A stretch of 64,000 bases of DNA from Shigella phage TB004: sequence record MW822011; one strand, written 5' to 3'. The notes beneath the pieces were generated by a model. The model had not been told where the DNA came from. It searched no databases and saw only the letters and a list, made by a program, of their open reading frames with translations. The position numbers and the translations under genes were made by a program. Positions 41,445-58,475 of the stretch are shown in pieces (the stretch's first letter is position 1; every line of letters begins with the position of its first letter).

Positions 41445-42575
41445 ATGGCTTTTACAGTTGATATAACTCCTAAAACACCTACTGGAGTTATAGATCAGAC
41501 TCAGCAGTTTACTGCTACACCCAGTGGTCAAACTGGAGGTGGAACTATTACCTATGCTTGGACTGTAGACGATGTTCCACAGGATGGAGCTGAAGCAACT
41601 TTTAGCTATGTACTAAAAGGACCTGCCGGTCAAAAGACTATTAAAGTAGTTGCAACAAACACAGTTCCAGATACTGATGCTGAAACAGCAGAAGCTACTA
41701 CAACTATCACAGTTCAAAATAAGACACAGACAACTACCTTAGCTGTAACTCCTGATAGTCCTGCTGCTGGAGTGATTGGAACTCCTGTTGAATTTACTGC
41801 TGCTTTAGCTTCTCAACCATCAGGCGCATCTGCTACGTATCAATGGTATGTTGATGACTCTCCTGTTAGTGAAGCAACTTCCGCTACATTTAGCTATACT
41901 CCAACTACAAGTGGAGTAAAAAGAATTAAATGCGTAGCTCAAGTAACAGCGACAGATTACGATACAAAAGAAGTTACTTCTAATGAAGTATCACTAACTG
42001 TTAATAAGAAGACAATGAATCCACAGGTTACATTGACTCCTTCTTCTATTAACGTTCAGCAAGATGCTTCGGCTACATTTACGGCTAATGTTACTGGCGC
42101 ACCTGACGCAGCACAAATTACTTACTCGTGGAAGAAAGATTCTTCTCCGGTAGAAGGGTCAACTAATGTATACACTGTTGATACCTCATCTGTTGGAAGT
42201 CAAACTATTGAAGTTACCGCTACTGTTACCGCTACTGATTATGATAGCAAAACTATCACAGCAGAAGGTCAAGTTCAGGTAACTGATAAAGTTGCTCCGG
42301 AACCAGAAGGTGAATTACCTTATGTTCATCCTCTTCCACATCGCACTTCAGCTTACATCTGGTGCGGTTGGTGGGTTATGGATGAAATCCAAAAAATGAC
42401 TGAAGAAGGTAAAGATTGGAAAACTGACGACCCAGATAGTAAGTACTACTTGCATCGTTACACTCTTCAGAAGATGATGAAAGACTATCCAGAAGTTGAT
42501 GTTCAAGAATCGCGCAATGGATACATCATTCATAAAACTGCTTTAGAAACTGGTATCATCTATACCTATCCATAA
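41445..42575 (+). CDS. hoc: Hoc, highly immunogenic outer capsid protein (Ig-like domains)
   Basis: 376 aa, MAFTVDITPKTPTGVIDQTQQFTATPSGQTGGGTITYAWTVDDVPQDGAEATFSY...; repeated Ig-like modules. Confidence 0.93.
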   Translation: MAFTVDITPKTPTGVIDQTQQFTATPSGQTGGGTITYAWTVDDVPQDGAEATFSYVLKGPAGQKTIKVVATNTVPDTDAETAEATTTITVQNKTQTTTLAVTPDSPAAGVIGTPVEFTAALASQPSGASATYQWYVDDSPVSEATSATFSYTPTTSGVKRIKCVAQVTATDYDTKEVTSNEVSLTVNKKTMNPQVTLTPSSINVQQDASATFTANVTGAPDAAQITYSWKKDSSPVEGSTNVYTVDTSSVGSQTIEVTATVTATDYDSKTITAEGQVQVTDKVAPEPEGELPYVHPLPHRTSAYIWCGWWVMDEIQKMTEEGKDWKTDDPDSKYYLHRYTLQKMMKDYPEVDVQESRNGYIIHKTALETGIIYTYP

Positions 42576-42579
42576 TCAT

Positions 42580-42604
42580 AAGGGGCTTCGGCCCCTTTCT
42601 TCAT
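42580..42604 (+). terminator. Terminator hairpin after hoc (AGGGGC-ttcg-GCCCCT plus T-rich tail)
   Basis: GC-rich stem with UUCG loop directly after the hoc stop. Confidence 0.65.
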
Positions 42605-42664
42605 TTTGAAAGCACACAAAACACAATCAGAAAATGATGTATATAATGGCACCAACTCGATAAC

Positions 42665-42880
42665 ATGAGATTGATTATGAGAACTGAGGTTGTGGTGTTT
42701 ACTCTTCATGAGTCTGGAAAGTCATTCATTGAAATTGCTCGTGAATTGAACTTACAGGCGAAAGAAGTGGCTGTATTATGGGCTCGAGCTATGACTGCTA
42801 AGAATAAATTTGAGACTCGAGAAAAAGTTGTCTATAGAAAAAGACATATTAATAAAAAGGTGAAAAATGGAACAGTATGA
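42665..42880 (+). CDS. Hypothetical protein (up to 71 aa)
   Basis: Small ORF between hoc and rnlB; start uncertain. Confidence 0.45.
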   Translation: MRLIMRTEVVVFTLHESGKSFIEIARELNLQAKEVAVLWARAMTAKNKFETREKVVYRKRHINKKVKNGTV

Positions 42881-43145
42881 TCTTTATGAAAATGAATCTT
42901 TTGCTAATCAATTACGCGAAAAAGCACTTAAAAGTAAACAGTTTAAACTAGAGTGTTTTATTAAAGATTTTTCGGAACTTGCTAATAAAGCAGCTGAACA
43001 AGGTAAAACATATTTTAGTTATTATTGTACTGCTCGCGATAAATTGATTACTGAAGAAATTGGTGATTGGCTGAGAAAAGAAGGATTTAGCTTTAAAGTC
43101 AATAGTGATCAGCGTGATGGTGATTGGTTAGAAATTACATTTTGA
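42867..43145 (+). CDS. Hypothetical protein (92 aa)
   Basis: Small ORF directly upstream of rnlB. Confidence 0.55.
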   Translation: MEQYDLYENESFANQLREKALKSKQFKLECFIKDFSELANKAAEQGKTYFSYYCTARDKLITEEIGDWLRKEGFSFKVNSDQRDGDWLEITF

Positions 43146-43154
43146 GGATTAATT

Positions 43155-44159
43155 ATGTTTAAAAAGTATAGCAGTCTTGAAAATCATTACAATTCTAAAT
43201 TCATTGAAAAACTTTACAGTTTAGGATTGACCGGCGGCGAATGGGTAGCTCGTGAAAAGATTCATGGCACAAATTTCTCACTGATTATTGAACGCGATAA
43301 AGCAACTTGTGCTAAACGTACTGGACCGATTCTTCCTGCTGAAGATTTCTTTGGGTATGAAATTATTCTAAAGAATTACGCTGATTCCATTAAAGCAGTA
43401 CAAGATATTATGGAAACTTCAGCAGTTGTATCTTATCAAGTCTTCGGCGAATTCGCCGGACCTGGCATTCAGAAGAATGTTGATTATGGTGATAAAGATT
43501 TTTATGTATTTGACATTATTGTTACTACAGAAAGTGGTGATGTGACTTATGTCGATGATTATATGATGGAATCATTCTGTAATACATTCAAATTTAAAAT
43601 GGCTCCACTTTTGGGTCGTGGTAAATTTGAAGAACTTATTAAATTGCCAAATGATTTAGATTCTGTCGTTCAGGATTATAATTTTACAGTAGACCATGCT
43701 GGATTAGTTGATGCAAATAAATGCGTTTGGAATGCCGAAGCAAAAGGCGAAGTATTTACTGCTGAAGGATATGTATTGAAACCTTGTTATCCTTCTTGGA
43801 TGCCTAATGGCAATCGTGTCGCTATTAAATGCAAGAACTCTAAATTTAGCGAAAAGAAAAAGTCTGATAAGCCTATTAAAGCTAAAGTTGAGTTGTCAGA
43901 AGCTGATAATAAATTGCTGGGAATTTTAGCTTGCTACGTTACACTGAACCGAGTAAATAATGTTATTTCTAAAATTGGCGAAATTGATCCAAAAGATTTT
44001 GGAAAGGTGATGGGGCTAACTGTTCAAGATATTTTGGAAGAAACTTCTCGTGAAGGTATTACTTTAACTCAAGCGGATAATCCTTCCTTGATTAAGAAGG
44101 AATTAGTTAAAATGGTACAAGATGTACTTCGTCCGGCTTGGATTGAATTGGTAAGTTAA
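43155..44159 (+). CDS. rnlB: RNA ligase 2
   Basis: 334 aa, [43 protein letters not shown]...; matches T4 Rnl2. Confidence 0.93.
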   Translation: MFKKYSSLENHYNSKFIEKLYSLGLTGGEWVAREKIHGTNFSLIIERDKATCAKRTGPILPAEDFFGYEIILKNYADSIKAVQDIMETSAVVSYQVFGEFAGPGIQKNVDYGDKDFYVFDIIVTTESGDVTYVDDYMMESFCNTFKFKMAPLLGRGKFEELIKLPNDLDSVVQDYNFTVDHAGLVDANKCVWNAEAKGEVFTAEGYVLKPCYPSWMPNGNRVAIKCKNSKFSEKKKSDKPIKAKVELSEADNKLLGILACYVTLNRVNNVISKIGEIDPKDFGKVMGLTVQDILEETSREGITLTQADNPSLIKKELVKMVQDVLRPAWIELVS

Positions 44160-44164
44160 ATAAA

Positions 44165-44188
44165 AAGGGACCTTTCGGTCCCTTTGTT
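44165..44188. terminator. Bidirectional terminator (AGGGACC-tttc-GGTCCCT) between convergent rnlB and gene 24
   Basis: 7-bp GC-rich stem flanked by T-rich sequence on both strands, centred between the two stop codons. Confidence 0.7.
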
Positions 44189-45472
44189 TTATTCATCAAT
44201 GATAATTTTTGGTAGCTTAACACCTAATAAAACAGACAAATCTGAACGACCCGCCATTTTATCCATGTCTCCACCATCAATTATTCTTGCTTCTTTTTCA
44301 TCTTTTGCTACAGTGTAAGGATTTGCAGATAAAGCATATCTAACCAATAAACCGATAGATGGTTGTAAGCTTTCTGGATCAACTACAACTTTAAATGCAC
44401 CTACATGTTCAGGGTCATCTAAGTCAAGACCTTCTGTATACGGAGCATAGAAAATTGATCCAACAATTTCTTTTTCGCCAATATTTTCTACTACACCAAC
44501 GATTACATAATCTAATGGGCTGTTAGTATCGCAATAAAGCGGTAAACCATTAGCTAAGAACCCATAGGCATTTTGTGAAAGATATTTGTCATCTTCTGGT
44601 TTATGTTTTAACCAACCTGATGCAGCAAGAATCGCAGCGGCACGAGCTGAAGCAACACAGAACGTTGCAGTATAAGTTGATTCTTTCTGGATATGTGAAA
44701 CCATTTCACACACCATTCGGTATAATGAACGACCAGCTTCAGGTGCAGATGCATAACTCAAATCAATGAATCCAGTATCAGTAATTCCTGTAACTTTATA
44801 GCGTTTTGATACTGTAATCAAAGACTGTAGAATATCTTTATTGATTTCATCTGCCATTTCAGTTGCAAGCAAATCTTCCAAGAAATTAGGAGCATCGAAT
44901 CCATTTGCTTCTAAATCTTGTGCTAATTCAACTGTAATGCCAGTTTTAAGTTTACGAGATTTAACTGCGGTTTGCCATTTATTAATCTGGAATCTAGCAT
45001 CCGCAATTTCGCTATCAGAGCTTTCAAATTTGCTTGTTACTGCAGCATCAGAAAATAGACGAACCTTTAAAAGAACAATTGCAATCTGAAGAGCTAATTC
45101 TAAATCGCTTTCTTCAATATCAGCAAATGGTGTATCTTCTAATACTTTATAAACGATATTATTATATTTGAATAAATCGCCTTTATTGAGAGTTAATTTA
45201 GACTCTTCTGTTAATTCTGTGATTTGTTCTCGGTCTACGTACCCAGCTTCGCCAGCGTAAGTAGCACCAGTTTTAAATGTAAATTCGTTATCTGGGTTAA
45301 GGTATTTGATACCATAAAAAGCAGCAACAGGTTGATTAGTTCTTTGCGTTGCTACAATGTCAGAATATATTAATTTAGTGGTAGCGCGAGTCAAAGCAAC
45401 GAGATTTGGGCGACCGATTGAGTTGCTATTCGTTGTGGTTGATTCGCGCAGAAGTTCGTTGATTTTAGCCAT
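44189..45472 (-). CDS. 24: Capsid vertex protein gp24
   Basis: 427 aa, MAKINELLRESTTTNSNSIGRPNLVALTRATTKLIYSDIVATQRTNQPVAAF...; paralog of gp23. Confidence 0.95.
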   Translation of the reverse strand: MAKINELLRESTTTNSNSIGRPNLVALTRATTKLIYSDIVATQRTNQPVAAFYGIKYLNPDNEFTFKTGATYAGEAGYVDREQITELTEESKLTLNKGDLFKYNNIVYKVLEDTPFADIEESDLELALQIAIVLLKVRLFSDAAVTSKFESSDSEIADARFQINKWQTAVKSRKLKTGITVELAQDLEANGFDAPNFLEDLLATEMADEINKDILQSLITVSKRYKVTGITDTGFIDLSYASAPEAGRSLYRMVCEMVSHIQKESTYTATFCVASARAAAILAASGWLKHKPEDDKYLSQNAYGFLANGLPLYCDTNSPLDYVIVGVVENIGEKEIVGSIFYAPYTEGLDLDDPEHVGAFKVVVDPESLQPSIGLLVRYALSANPYTVAKDEKEARIIDGGDMDKMAGRSDLSVLLGVKLPKIIIDE

Positions 45473-45499
45473 TGCGCTTTCCTTTTGGTTTATATGATT

Positions 45500-45507
45500 T
45501 ATTTATA
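45500..45507 (-). promoter_or_regulatory. Late promoter (TATAAATA) for gene 24
   Basis: + strand tatttata, ~28 nt upstream of the gene 24 ATG. Confidence 0.6.
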
Positions 45508-45510
45508 CCA

Positions 45511-45542
45511 TAAAAACAACTAAAGGGACCCGAAGGTCCCTT
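45511..45542 (-). terminator. Terminator after gene 23 (AAGGGACC-uucg-GGUCCCUU plus U tract on the minus strand)
   Basis: 8-bp stem with UUCG loop, then TAGTTGTTTTTA on the transcribed strand. Confidence 0.75.
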
Positions 45543-45555
45543 AAATCGTCAAAGA

Positions 45556-47121
45556 TTAGATACCTTTAACATATACACGGCGGAAGTAAGCGTTTTTACC
45601 AAGGCTATTCAGAATAGAAGGCATACCGCTCTGGATGCGAGAAGCCGGAGCCTGAGCAGCGGATTCTGCAAATGGGTTGATACCAATACCGTAACGAGTT
45701 TTGAATCCCATTACTGGTTGGAAGTTCTTCGGATCGGAACCACGCAGCGGAGTCAGAGCTACATATGGAGCATAGTAAATACCAGCATCCATTTCGTTCG
45801 GACCTTTATAACCTACAGTGAAATAATCCTGTTTAGCATACTGGTCGATATATACACGGTATTTACCACCCAGAACACCAGCAAATACTGACTTGGTAGT
45901 ATCAGTGTTAAAGCCGGTAGCCAGACCCTGTGCAGCATAAGAAATGCCGGTATCAACTGAAGCCAGAACGTTAACTACGTTACGGGAAGCGATAATGAAG
46001 TTACCTTCACCACGACCGGTCTGACGAGCAATTTCAACTGCTTCTTTGTCAATCTGGAACAACAGAGCTTTAAAGGATTCACCCGCCCAGCGAGCACCAC
46101 GAATATCAATCGGATCCTGGAAGTCAAATACACCAGCTTTAGAACCTGGAGTCAGGGTCATACCAGATTTACCAACCTGAGCTGAGTAGTTAATCCAATC
46201 AACAACTTCACGGTTGATTTCCAGCATGATTTCGGTAGCCAGAATACCAGACAGTTCAGCATCAGCATCCATACCGTGAACAGCGCGGAGGTCTTGTGCT
46301 AATTCGATAGAGTAAGCAGCTTTCAGCTGACGAGATTTAGCTTCGATAACTTGTTTATCGATACGGAAGCCCATTTCATTCCATGGGTTATCGGTAGAAC
46401 CGTTGAAACTTTCCTGAAGTTCAGCGATAGAAGTAGCCATACCTTCAGCGATTTCTACCAGTGCACCAGCTTCCATTTGTTTCTTAATTTCAGCATCTAA
46501 TTTAGCTGCATCATCTGCAGTAGAACTAATTGTTACTTGAGCAGAAGCCTGCAGATACACAGTGCCAGTGTCCTGGAAGAAGTGAGTATAGATATCACCT
46601 ACTGTGGTTTGTGTGCTAGCAGCCAGAGCTGTGAATTTCTTAGCAGCACCCTGACCAGAGAACATTGCATCTGGACCATACATTGGGTGGAATGCTTCTT
46701 TAGCACCGGCAGCGATTGGGTCTTTACCATATACTGCACGCAGTGCGAATACCTGGCCAGTCGGGCTGTTCATCGGCTGAACACCACAAATATCGAAAGC
46801 AATCAGGTTAGGAATAGCACGACGTACCATACCCATAACAGCTGGGCCAATCTGAGTTACTGCGCCAGAAGTCTGACCAGCAGCAATGTTAGTAGCGTTG
46901 TAACCGTGATCACCACCGATTTCAGCTTCTGTTAAGAAAGAACCGAACGCCTGAGCAATTTTTTCGTCTTTGTACTCTGGAGCTGTCTGGAAATCTTTTT
47001 CCTGGTTTTCAAAGATTTTAGCGATAATCGCTTGTTTGCTATTAGCAATTTCCGGTAAACCTTCACCTTCCAGTAATGGTTTCCATTTGTTCAAAAGTTC
47101 AGCTTTAGTTTTGATAGTCAT
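45556..47121 (-). CDS. 23: Major capsid protein gp23
   Basis: 521 aa, MTIKTKAELLNKWKPLLEGEGLPEIANSKQAIIAKIFENQEKDFQTAPEYKDEKIAQAFG...; matches T4 gp23. Confidence 0.97.
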   Translation of the reverse strand: MTIKTKAELLNKWKPLLEGEGLPEIANSKQAIIAKIFENQEKDFQTAPEYKDEKIAQAFGSFLTEAEIGGDHGYNATNIAAGQTSGAVTQIGPAVMGMVRRAIPNLIAFDICGVQPMNSPTGQVFALRAVYGKDPIAAGAKEAFHPMYGPDAMFSGQGAAKKFTALAASTQTTVGDIYTHFFQDTGTVYLQASAQVTISSTADDAAKLDAEIKKQMEAGALVEIAEGMATSIAELQESFNGSTDNPWNEMGFRIDKQVIEAKSRQLKAAYSIELAQDLRAVHGMDADAELSGILATEIMLEINREVVDWINYSAQVGKSGMTLTPGSKAGVFDFQDPIDIRGARWAGESFKALLFQIDKEAVEIARQTGRGEGNFIIASRNVVNVLASVDTGISYAAQGLATGFNTDTTKSVFAGVLGGKYRVYIDQYAKQDYFTVGYKGPNEMDAGIYYAPYVALTPLRGSDPKNFQPVMGFKTRYGIGINPFAESAAQAPASRIQSGMPSILNSLGKNAYFRRVYVKGI

Positions 47122-47139
47122 TTGTGTTAACCTTTAAAA

Positions 47140-47949
47140 TTAGAAACGAGATGCGACTTTCGCATATACACTTACAATATCTTCTGCACCAGGTGCAGCT
47201 TTATCTTCTACAGCTTCAGTGACGAAATTCAGTCCGGCTGCTTCAGTATCAGGAGTATTTATACCCTCAGTAATAGTGCTTTCATCTTTATTAGACTTCT
47301 TCACCATTTCTACGATGGCACTCAATTTACTTGAGAATTCATCTGAATAATCCATACCTTCGACCAGAGCAGAGACTTTTTCTTTTTGAGACTCAGTCAG
47401 ATCTTTAGTACTTTCGCTCAATGCCACTTCACGCTGCACATAATTGATATATGCGTCGCGCATATTGAGTTCTTCGAACAGACGAGCTGATTCTTCTTTA
47501 TGTTCTTGCAGCTCTTCTTCCATTTCAGCCACAACATCAACTGATTCTTCTGGAACAACAACGTTGTGTTCAACAAAGAGCTCTTTTAATCCACCAAGCA
47601 TGGATTCAAACAGTTCGGCTTTGATGCCTTTATCAACTGCTAATTTATTTTCAGCGAGCCATTCTTTCGCAAGATGGTCGATGAATTTAGAAGCTTGCTC
47701 AGCGATTTTCTTCTCAGCTTTTTCTTCGGCTTCTTCTTTATTTTTTTCTACTTCTTCTTCTGCTTTTTCAGCAATTTTAGCGATATGAGATTCAGCTAAT
47801 TTAACGGCGTGCTGCTTGACGGTAGCTTCGAATACAGTGCCGAAAGTTTCTTTTGCTTCCGGAGAAATATTAACTGATTCGAAAATACTATCAAGAGCAA
47901 CGGAAGCATCAATTTTTTGCGCTTCAGCAATCAGTTGTTCTTTAAGCAT
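47140..47949 (-). CDS. 22: Prohead core scaffold protein gp22
   Basis: 269 aa, acidic and coiled-coil rich, MLKEQLIAEAQKIDASVALDSIFESVNISPEAKETFGT... Confidence 0.93.
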   Translation of the reverse strand: MLKEQLIAEAQKIDASVALDSIFESVNISPEAKETFGTVFEATVKQHAVKLAESHIAKIAEKAEEEVEKNKEEAEEKAEKKIAEQASKFIDHLAKEWLAENKLAVDKGIKAELFESMLGGLKELFVEHNVVVPEESVDVVAEMEEELQEHKEESARLFEELNMRDAYINYVQREVALSESTKDLTESQKEKVSALVEGMDYSDEFSSKLSAIVEMVKKSNKDESTITEGINTPDTEAAGLNFVTEAVEDKAAPGAEDIVSVYAKVASRF

Positions 47950-47979
47950 TTTGTAGTCCTGTTGTTTAGATAATAATAT

Positions 47980-48618
47980 TTATAACGCTTTTTTCATGGC
48001 CTCTGCGAGAGCCATATAGGCGTCATCGGCACTTGTATCGGCTTCCGCCGTCTGTGATTCGGTAATTTCCTTAGGAGTTACCCATGCATCTGGAGCACTT
48101 GGACCCCATACTGCATCAACACCTACAGTTAATTTGAATCCTTCGTTTACGATACGATAACCTTTATTTGTGTCAGTCAATGAACCTAATCCACGAGAAG
48201 AAACTCCTGGAATCCATCCGGCACGAATATTAGCTGCTAATTTATCTCCAGGACCATGGTCACCTTCAATAACACGAGCTCGTCCGTATACGTCATTTCC
48301 TTTCCACCACATATCTTCTATAATGATAGCGGCTTGCATCGGGTCAACATTAGCGCGTGGAGGATGATTTAATTCTCCGAGAGCTTGTTTAGTTAAAACT
48401 TGCTCATTGATATAGTCTTTTACCGCTTTTTCTAATATGCGTTTTGGATAAAGACGTTTATTTCTATTGACGACTTCCGCTTGCATGAATATTCCTTCGA
48501 TGTATAAACCAGGTTTTAAACCTAAGTCTTTTCCATCATGGGATTCAAGCATTGGCACACCATCAATAATTTCGCCAGGTTGACCCCAAGTTTCAATTAG
48601 TAATTGGGGTTCATTCAT
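47980..48618 (-). CDS. 21: Prohead protease gp21
   Basis: 212 aa, [55 protein letters not shown]... Confidence 0.93.
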   Translation of the reverse strand: MNEPQLLIETWGQPGEIIDGVPMLESHDGKDLGLKPGLYIEGIFMQAEVVNRNKRLYPKRILEKAVKDYINEQVLTKQALGELNHPPRANVDPMQAAIIIEDMWWKGNDVYGRARVIEGDHGPGDKLAANIRAGWIPGVSSRGLGSLTDTNKGYRIVNEGFKLTVGVDAVWGPSAPDAWVTPKEITESQTAEADTSADDAYMALAEAMKKAL

Positions 48619-49043
48619 TAGCTTAATCCTAATGCTTTACGGCGTTTAAGAGCTTTTTTACGCTTACGCTGAGCACGAGATTGACCTGCTGGATTGGCAA
48701 TCTTCGTTTTGGTAGCTTTGCGAGCAATTTGTCTACGTTTTGCTTTAGACAGCCCAGTGGTTTGAAATGCATTACGTTCGCGTGTTTTGCGGTCTTTAGT
48801 ACGTGTAATTTCACCACGAGCTGAAACATGCTTAACAATGAATTCATTTAACGGCATATTTTCATTAATAGAAGCTAATGCAACTGCTAAATCAGTTTCA
48901 TCATCAAGCATATTCTCGACAATTGTATTTATATCGTCTTTATTTAAAGCAGAAGACAATTCGTCAAAGCGACCCTGTGCTTCAGGAATAAGTGCTTCGA
49001 CATTCTCGAGAACTAATTCATGAGTTTCAGGGATCAGAAGCAT
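48618..49043 (-). CDS. 68: Prohead core protein gp68
   Basis: 141 aa, between genes 67 and 21; basic C-terminus. Confidence 0.85.
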
Positions 49044-49284
49044 TATTCATCATCCTCGTCTTCGTCATCTTCGTCAGAGTCTTTGTCTTTTTTGTCGTCT
49101 TTATCATCACCATCTTCGTCATCATCCTCGTCTTCAGGTTCTTCACCTTCGATTAAGAAATTACGAGCGATAGCGATTTTTTCTTCTTTAATTAAATCAA
49201 TCGTTCTTGCAGCCATGGCTTCAGCAAAGAATTTACGAGCGGCTACGAGGTCGTTTGATTTAATAGCTTCAATTAAACCTTCCA

Positions 49285-49285
<1 letters not shown>
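49043..49285 (-). CDS. 67: Prohead core protein gp67
   Basis: 80 aa, with a highly acidic C-terminus [33 protein letters not shown]. Confidence 0.85.
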
Positions 49286-50910
<1,625 letters not shown>

Positions 50911-50942
50911 TTAAGCAGGATGGGGATTTCTCCCCATTCATT

Positions 50943-51434
50943 TTATTCCCAATAATCGAGAGCGAGAGTTACTTCAAAGGTTTGGATTTCATTGTTTGAA
51001 TCCCAATCTAATTGAAGTTCACCCACGTTGGTAGGCCACAAGCCTTTAATTTCGACTTCTTTTGTTACAGTTTTAGCGTCACGAGCATATTGGCGAACAA
51101 CAGCGCTCTTTTTATACTCTGCTGGTTTTCCACCAGTAATTTCGTTCCCTTGCCCAGCAGCAATGCTTTGCCAATCAACAAACTTCTGGCGAGCATCATG
51201 TGCCTCATCGTTCATTACTGTAACAGTCCAGTCATCGAATGTACGATCGCCTGCTACGTTAATTTTACGGTTCATAAATCCGACTGGAATTTTTTCTACA
51301 ATACCAGCTGGTAAAGCAGTAGCTTTACATTGAAACGTAAAATTTTGTCCAAGATAAGAAATTTCTACTTGGAATAAGTTAGGTCGAGCAAAATCACCAG
51401 ATTCAAACGCTCGTGTTACATCATCTACAAACAT
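50943..51434 (-). CDS. 19: Tail tube protein gp19
   Basis: 163 aa, MFVDDVTRAFESGDFARPNLFQVEISYLGQNFTFQCKATALPAGIVEKI... Confidence 0.95.
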   Translation of the reverse strand: MFVDDVTRAFESGDFARPNLFQVEISYLGQNFTFQCKATALPAGIVEKIPVGFMNRKINVAGDRTFDDWTVTVMNDEAHDARQKFVDWQSIAAGQGNEITGGKPAEYKKSAVVRQYARDAKTVTKEVEIKGLWPTNVGELQLDWDSNNEIQTFEVTLALDYWE

Positions 51435-51447
51435 ATTAGCCTCTGTA

Positions 51448-51455
51448 GTATTTAT
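51448..51455 (-). promoter_or_regulatory. Late promoter (TATAAATA) for gene 19
   Basis: + strand tatttata 14 nt upstream of the gene 19 ATG, with GAGG SD in between; a second TATAAATA at 51508-51515. Confidence 0.55.
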
Positions 51456-51516
51456 ATCCCTATGTTTAACCTAGGGCATATAGAATTAAAGAATTAAGGA
51501 TATAGTGTATTTATAT

Positions 51517-51534
51517 GGCCTGCCGAAACAGGCC
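51517..51534 (-). terminator. Hairpin after gene 18 (GGCCUG-uuucgg-CAGGCC)
   Basis: 6-bp GC stem 17 nt downstream of the gene 18 stop. Confidence 0.5.
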
Positions 51535-51550
51535 TTTAGAATGCACCGTA

Positions 51551-53530
51551 TTAACCTGCAAGACCAGTTAACTCATCGAAATCTGCACCAGTAGCAGTTG
51601 CGACGAAATTAAGTTGGATATAATTTATACTTCTAGCCGGTTGAATGTAGAATGTTGCAACAAACTCATTTCTATCAATTACTGACGGAGTGTTATTTGT
51701 TGTATCGCAAACTACACGATATTCATAAATTCCACCGAGAGCTTTAATTCCCTGTAAGTATTGGGCAGTTTCTGTGCGGAACGATGAACGGGTAAACGCG
51801 TTGTTTAATTCGAACAAACGATATTTTGAACTACGTCCGATATTCGTTTTCAACATATTAAACAGACGACGAACGTTAATACGATCAAATGGAGAAGGAA
51901 CAGAAGTAGCTGTTTTATCACCATACAATACGTAACCATCACCACCTGTACCGGTTACCGGGTTGATAGCTTCTTGGTATAAACGGTCGCGCTGCGCCTG
52001 GCGAGTTTCAATAGCAAGTTTAATAACGTTAAGAATCTGGCCACGATTATAACCAGCTGGAGACATCCAAGTATGAGAAACGTTATCAGTTCTTGCGCAT
52101 AAACCAGCAATATCAGCTGCTAATGGAACCCAACGATTCACATCATTATATTTGTCATACTGATACTTGTAGTTACCATCAATTGCTGCGTAGGTTGAAC
52201 TGATATTAAAGTTATTATCAGTGTATGAACCTGCCGCAGTTCTCCAATTGACTAAGTTATCGACAGCACGAGTTACAGGAATTCCAACTACAGTTTCACG
52301 CGGTGGTGAGCATAATACTAAGCAATCTTGACGAGCATCCCCAATTGAAACGACGTGTTTTTGGACAGTAGATGCTGTTTCTAAAGATTCACCGGCACAA
52401 GAACCCGCAATAAACAACTGAACGTCAACAGATTCACGGTCAGCAAAGAAGTCCCAGGCTTCCATCAAATCTCCTGCTGTTACTTCAGCATTTGACGATA
52501 ATCCACCAGACAGAGTTAAAATTCCAGAGAAGCCTTCTGGCCAGTTTTGTGCAGTTGCGAAAATATATTCTGAACCACCTTTTGCGAAAAAGTCATCAAT
52601 ATAGATGTTACTATCGTAAATATCTTTTTCACCACGCTTCGTTGAAAGAACAACGCTTTGAACAATAGCATCATTGCGACGAACTATAATAGCGTATTGT
52701 GAATCAGTTTGCGGTCCATATCCAAACACTGCCTTGGCAGTAGATGCGCGGGTTCCGCCACCTGGATAAATTGGGAGTAATGCAGAAGCTCCTTTTGCGT
52801 AGTCAGCTTTAGATACGATTTCAATTTCGATTTTATCACCCAACTCGCCTGGATAAAGAGCTACTACTCCTGGAATTCCATATTTTTCGAGATTTGCTTG
52901 AAAGTCAACAGCTGCCATAGCAGCTTCGGCATTTTCAATTTCAGCTAATAAAATACCAGAATCAGTAATAATTTTTCCAAGAGTTATTACTGCAGCTAAA
53001 CCAGAGGAAGACGAAGAAATTTCCGCGGTCCAGTTAGAACCTAATTCTGGATATTCGCCTACTTCTTTCGCTTTAGCGATAATTTTTGCAGTAGGAATAT
53101 TAATTTTCTTAATTTTTCCATCAGCATCTACTTCGGTAATTTTACCTTCCGTTTCAATGTCTTCTGAAACATACTTAACCGTGATTTTATCTCCAACCGC
53201 GTAGTTACTACCTGGGGTAGAAATAGTGTATTCAATATTACCGGCAATCGGAGATGAGTTTTTAGCGGTATCTCTATCGACAGCACGCACAACTCGCAAA
53301 TCATTTCCGTACTGTAAGAAATTCATTGCAGACATAAAATAGTCAGCAGTTTCAGCTGTAGGTTGACCAAAAGTATTAACTAAATCTACTTCGTTTGTAA
53401 CCTGTTTAATTTGAAAAGCAGGACCCCACTGGAATTTACCGGCCAGAGCTGCTGTACCAGTAGAGTTATTAACCACGGTGCTTTGAACCGTAGTTTCTTT
53501 GAGCTCAATGCCCGGAGATAATAAAGTCAT
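51551..53530 (-). CDS. 18: Tail sheath protein gp18
   Basis: 659 aa, MTLLSPGIELKETTVQSTVVNNSTGTAALAGKFQWGPAFQIKQVTNEVDLVNTFGQPT... Confidence 0.97.
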   Translation of the reverse strand: MTLLSPGIELKETTVQSTVVNNSTGTAALAGKFQWGPAFQIKQVTNEVDLVNTFGQPTAETADYFMSAMNFLQYGNDLRVVRAVDRDTAKNSSPIAGNIEYTISTPGSNYAVGDKITVKYVSEDIETEGKITEVDADGKIKKINIPTAKIIAKAKEVGEYPELGSNWTAEISSSSSGLAAVITLGKIITDSGILLAEIENAEAAMAAVDFQANLEKYGIPGVVALYPGELGDKIEIEIVSKADYAKGASALLPIYPGGGTRASTAKAVFGYGPQTDSQYAIIVRRNDAIVQSVVLSTKRGEKDIYDSNIYIDDFFAKGGSEYIFATAQNWPEGFSGILTLSGGLSSNAEVTAGDLMEAWDFFADRESVDVQLFIAGSCAGESLETASTVQKHVVSIGDARQDCLVLCSPPRETVVGIPVTRAVDNLVNWRTAAGSYTDNNFNISSTYAAIDGNYKYQYDKYNDVNRWVPLAADIAGLCARTDNVSHTWMSPAGYNRGQILNVIKLAIETRQAQRDRLYQEAINPVTGTGGDGYVLYGDKTATSVPSPFDRINVRRLFNMLKTNIGRSSKYRLFELNNAFTRSSFRTETAQYLQGIKALGGIYEYRVVCDTTNNTPSVIDRNEFVATFYIQPARSINYIQLNFVATATGADFDELTGLAG

Positions 53531-53558
53531 TTTTAATCCTCTTTAATATGCTTTAATA

Positions 53559-56699
<3,141 letters not shown>

Positions 56700-56740
56700 G
56701 ATTTCTCCTAATCTGGGCTTTAATTAGTTTATAATATTTA

Positions 56741-58442
<1,702 letters not shown>

Positions 58443-58443
58443 T

Positions 58444-58472
58444 TAAAAAATCCTTTGGGGCCTTGCGGCCCC
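58444..58472 (-). terminator. Terminator after wac (GGGGCC-gcaa-GGCCCC plus U tract on the minus strand)
   Basis: 6-bp GC stem with GNRA loop, then AAAGGATTTTTT; between the wac stop and the gene 13 start. Confidence 0.75.
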
Positions 58473-58475
58473 ATG

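Noticed and set aside
44189-45472. One-nucleotide discrepancy between my hand-counted position of the gene 24 start codon and the ORF track
   Set aside because: Other checked ORF boundaries agree with the track, so I attribute this to a counting slip and used the track coordinates. Hand-derived promoter and terminator coordinates should be read as accurate to within 1-2 nt.
47444-47788. 114-aa + strand ORF antisense to gene 22, and similar antisense ORFs inside genes 23, 12, 10, 29, alt and nrdA
   Set aside because: All are nested antisense in strongly supported genes, are low-complexity, and lack translation signals.
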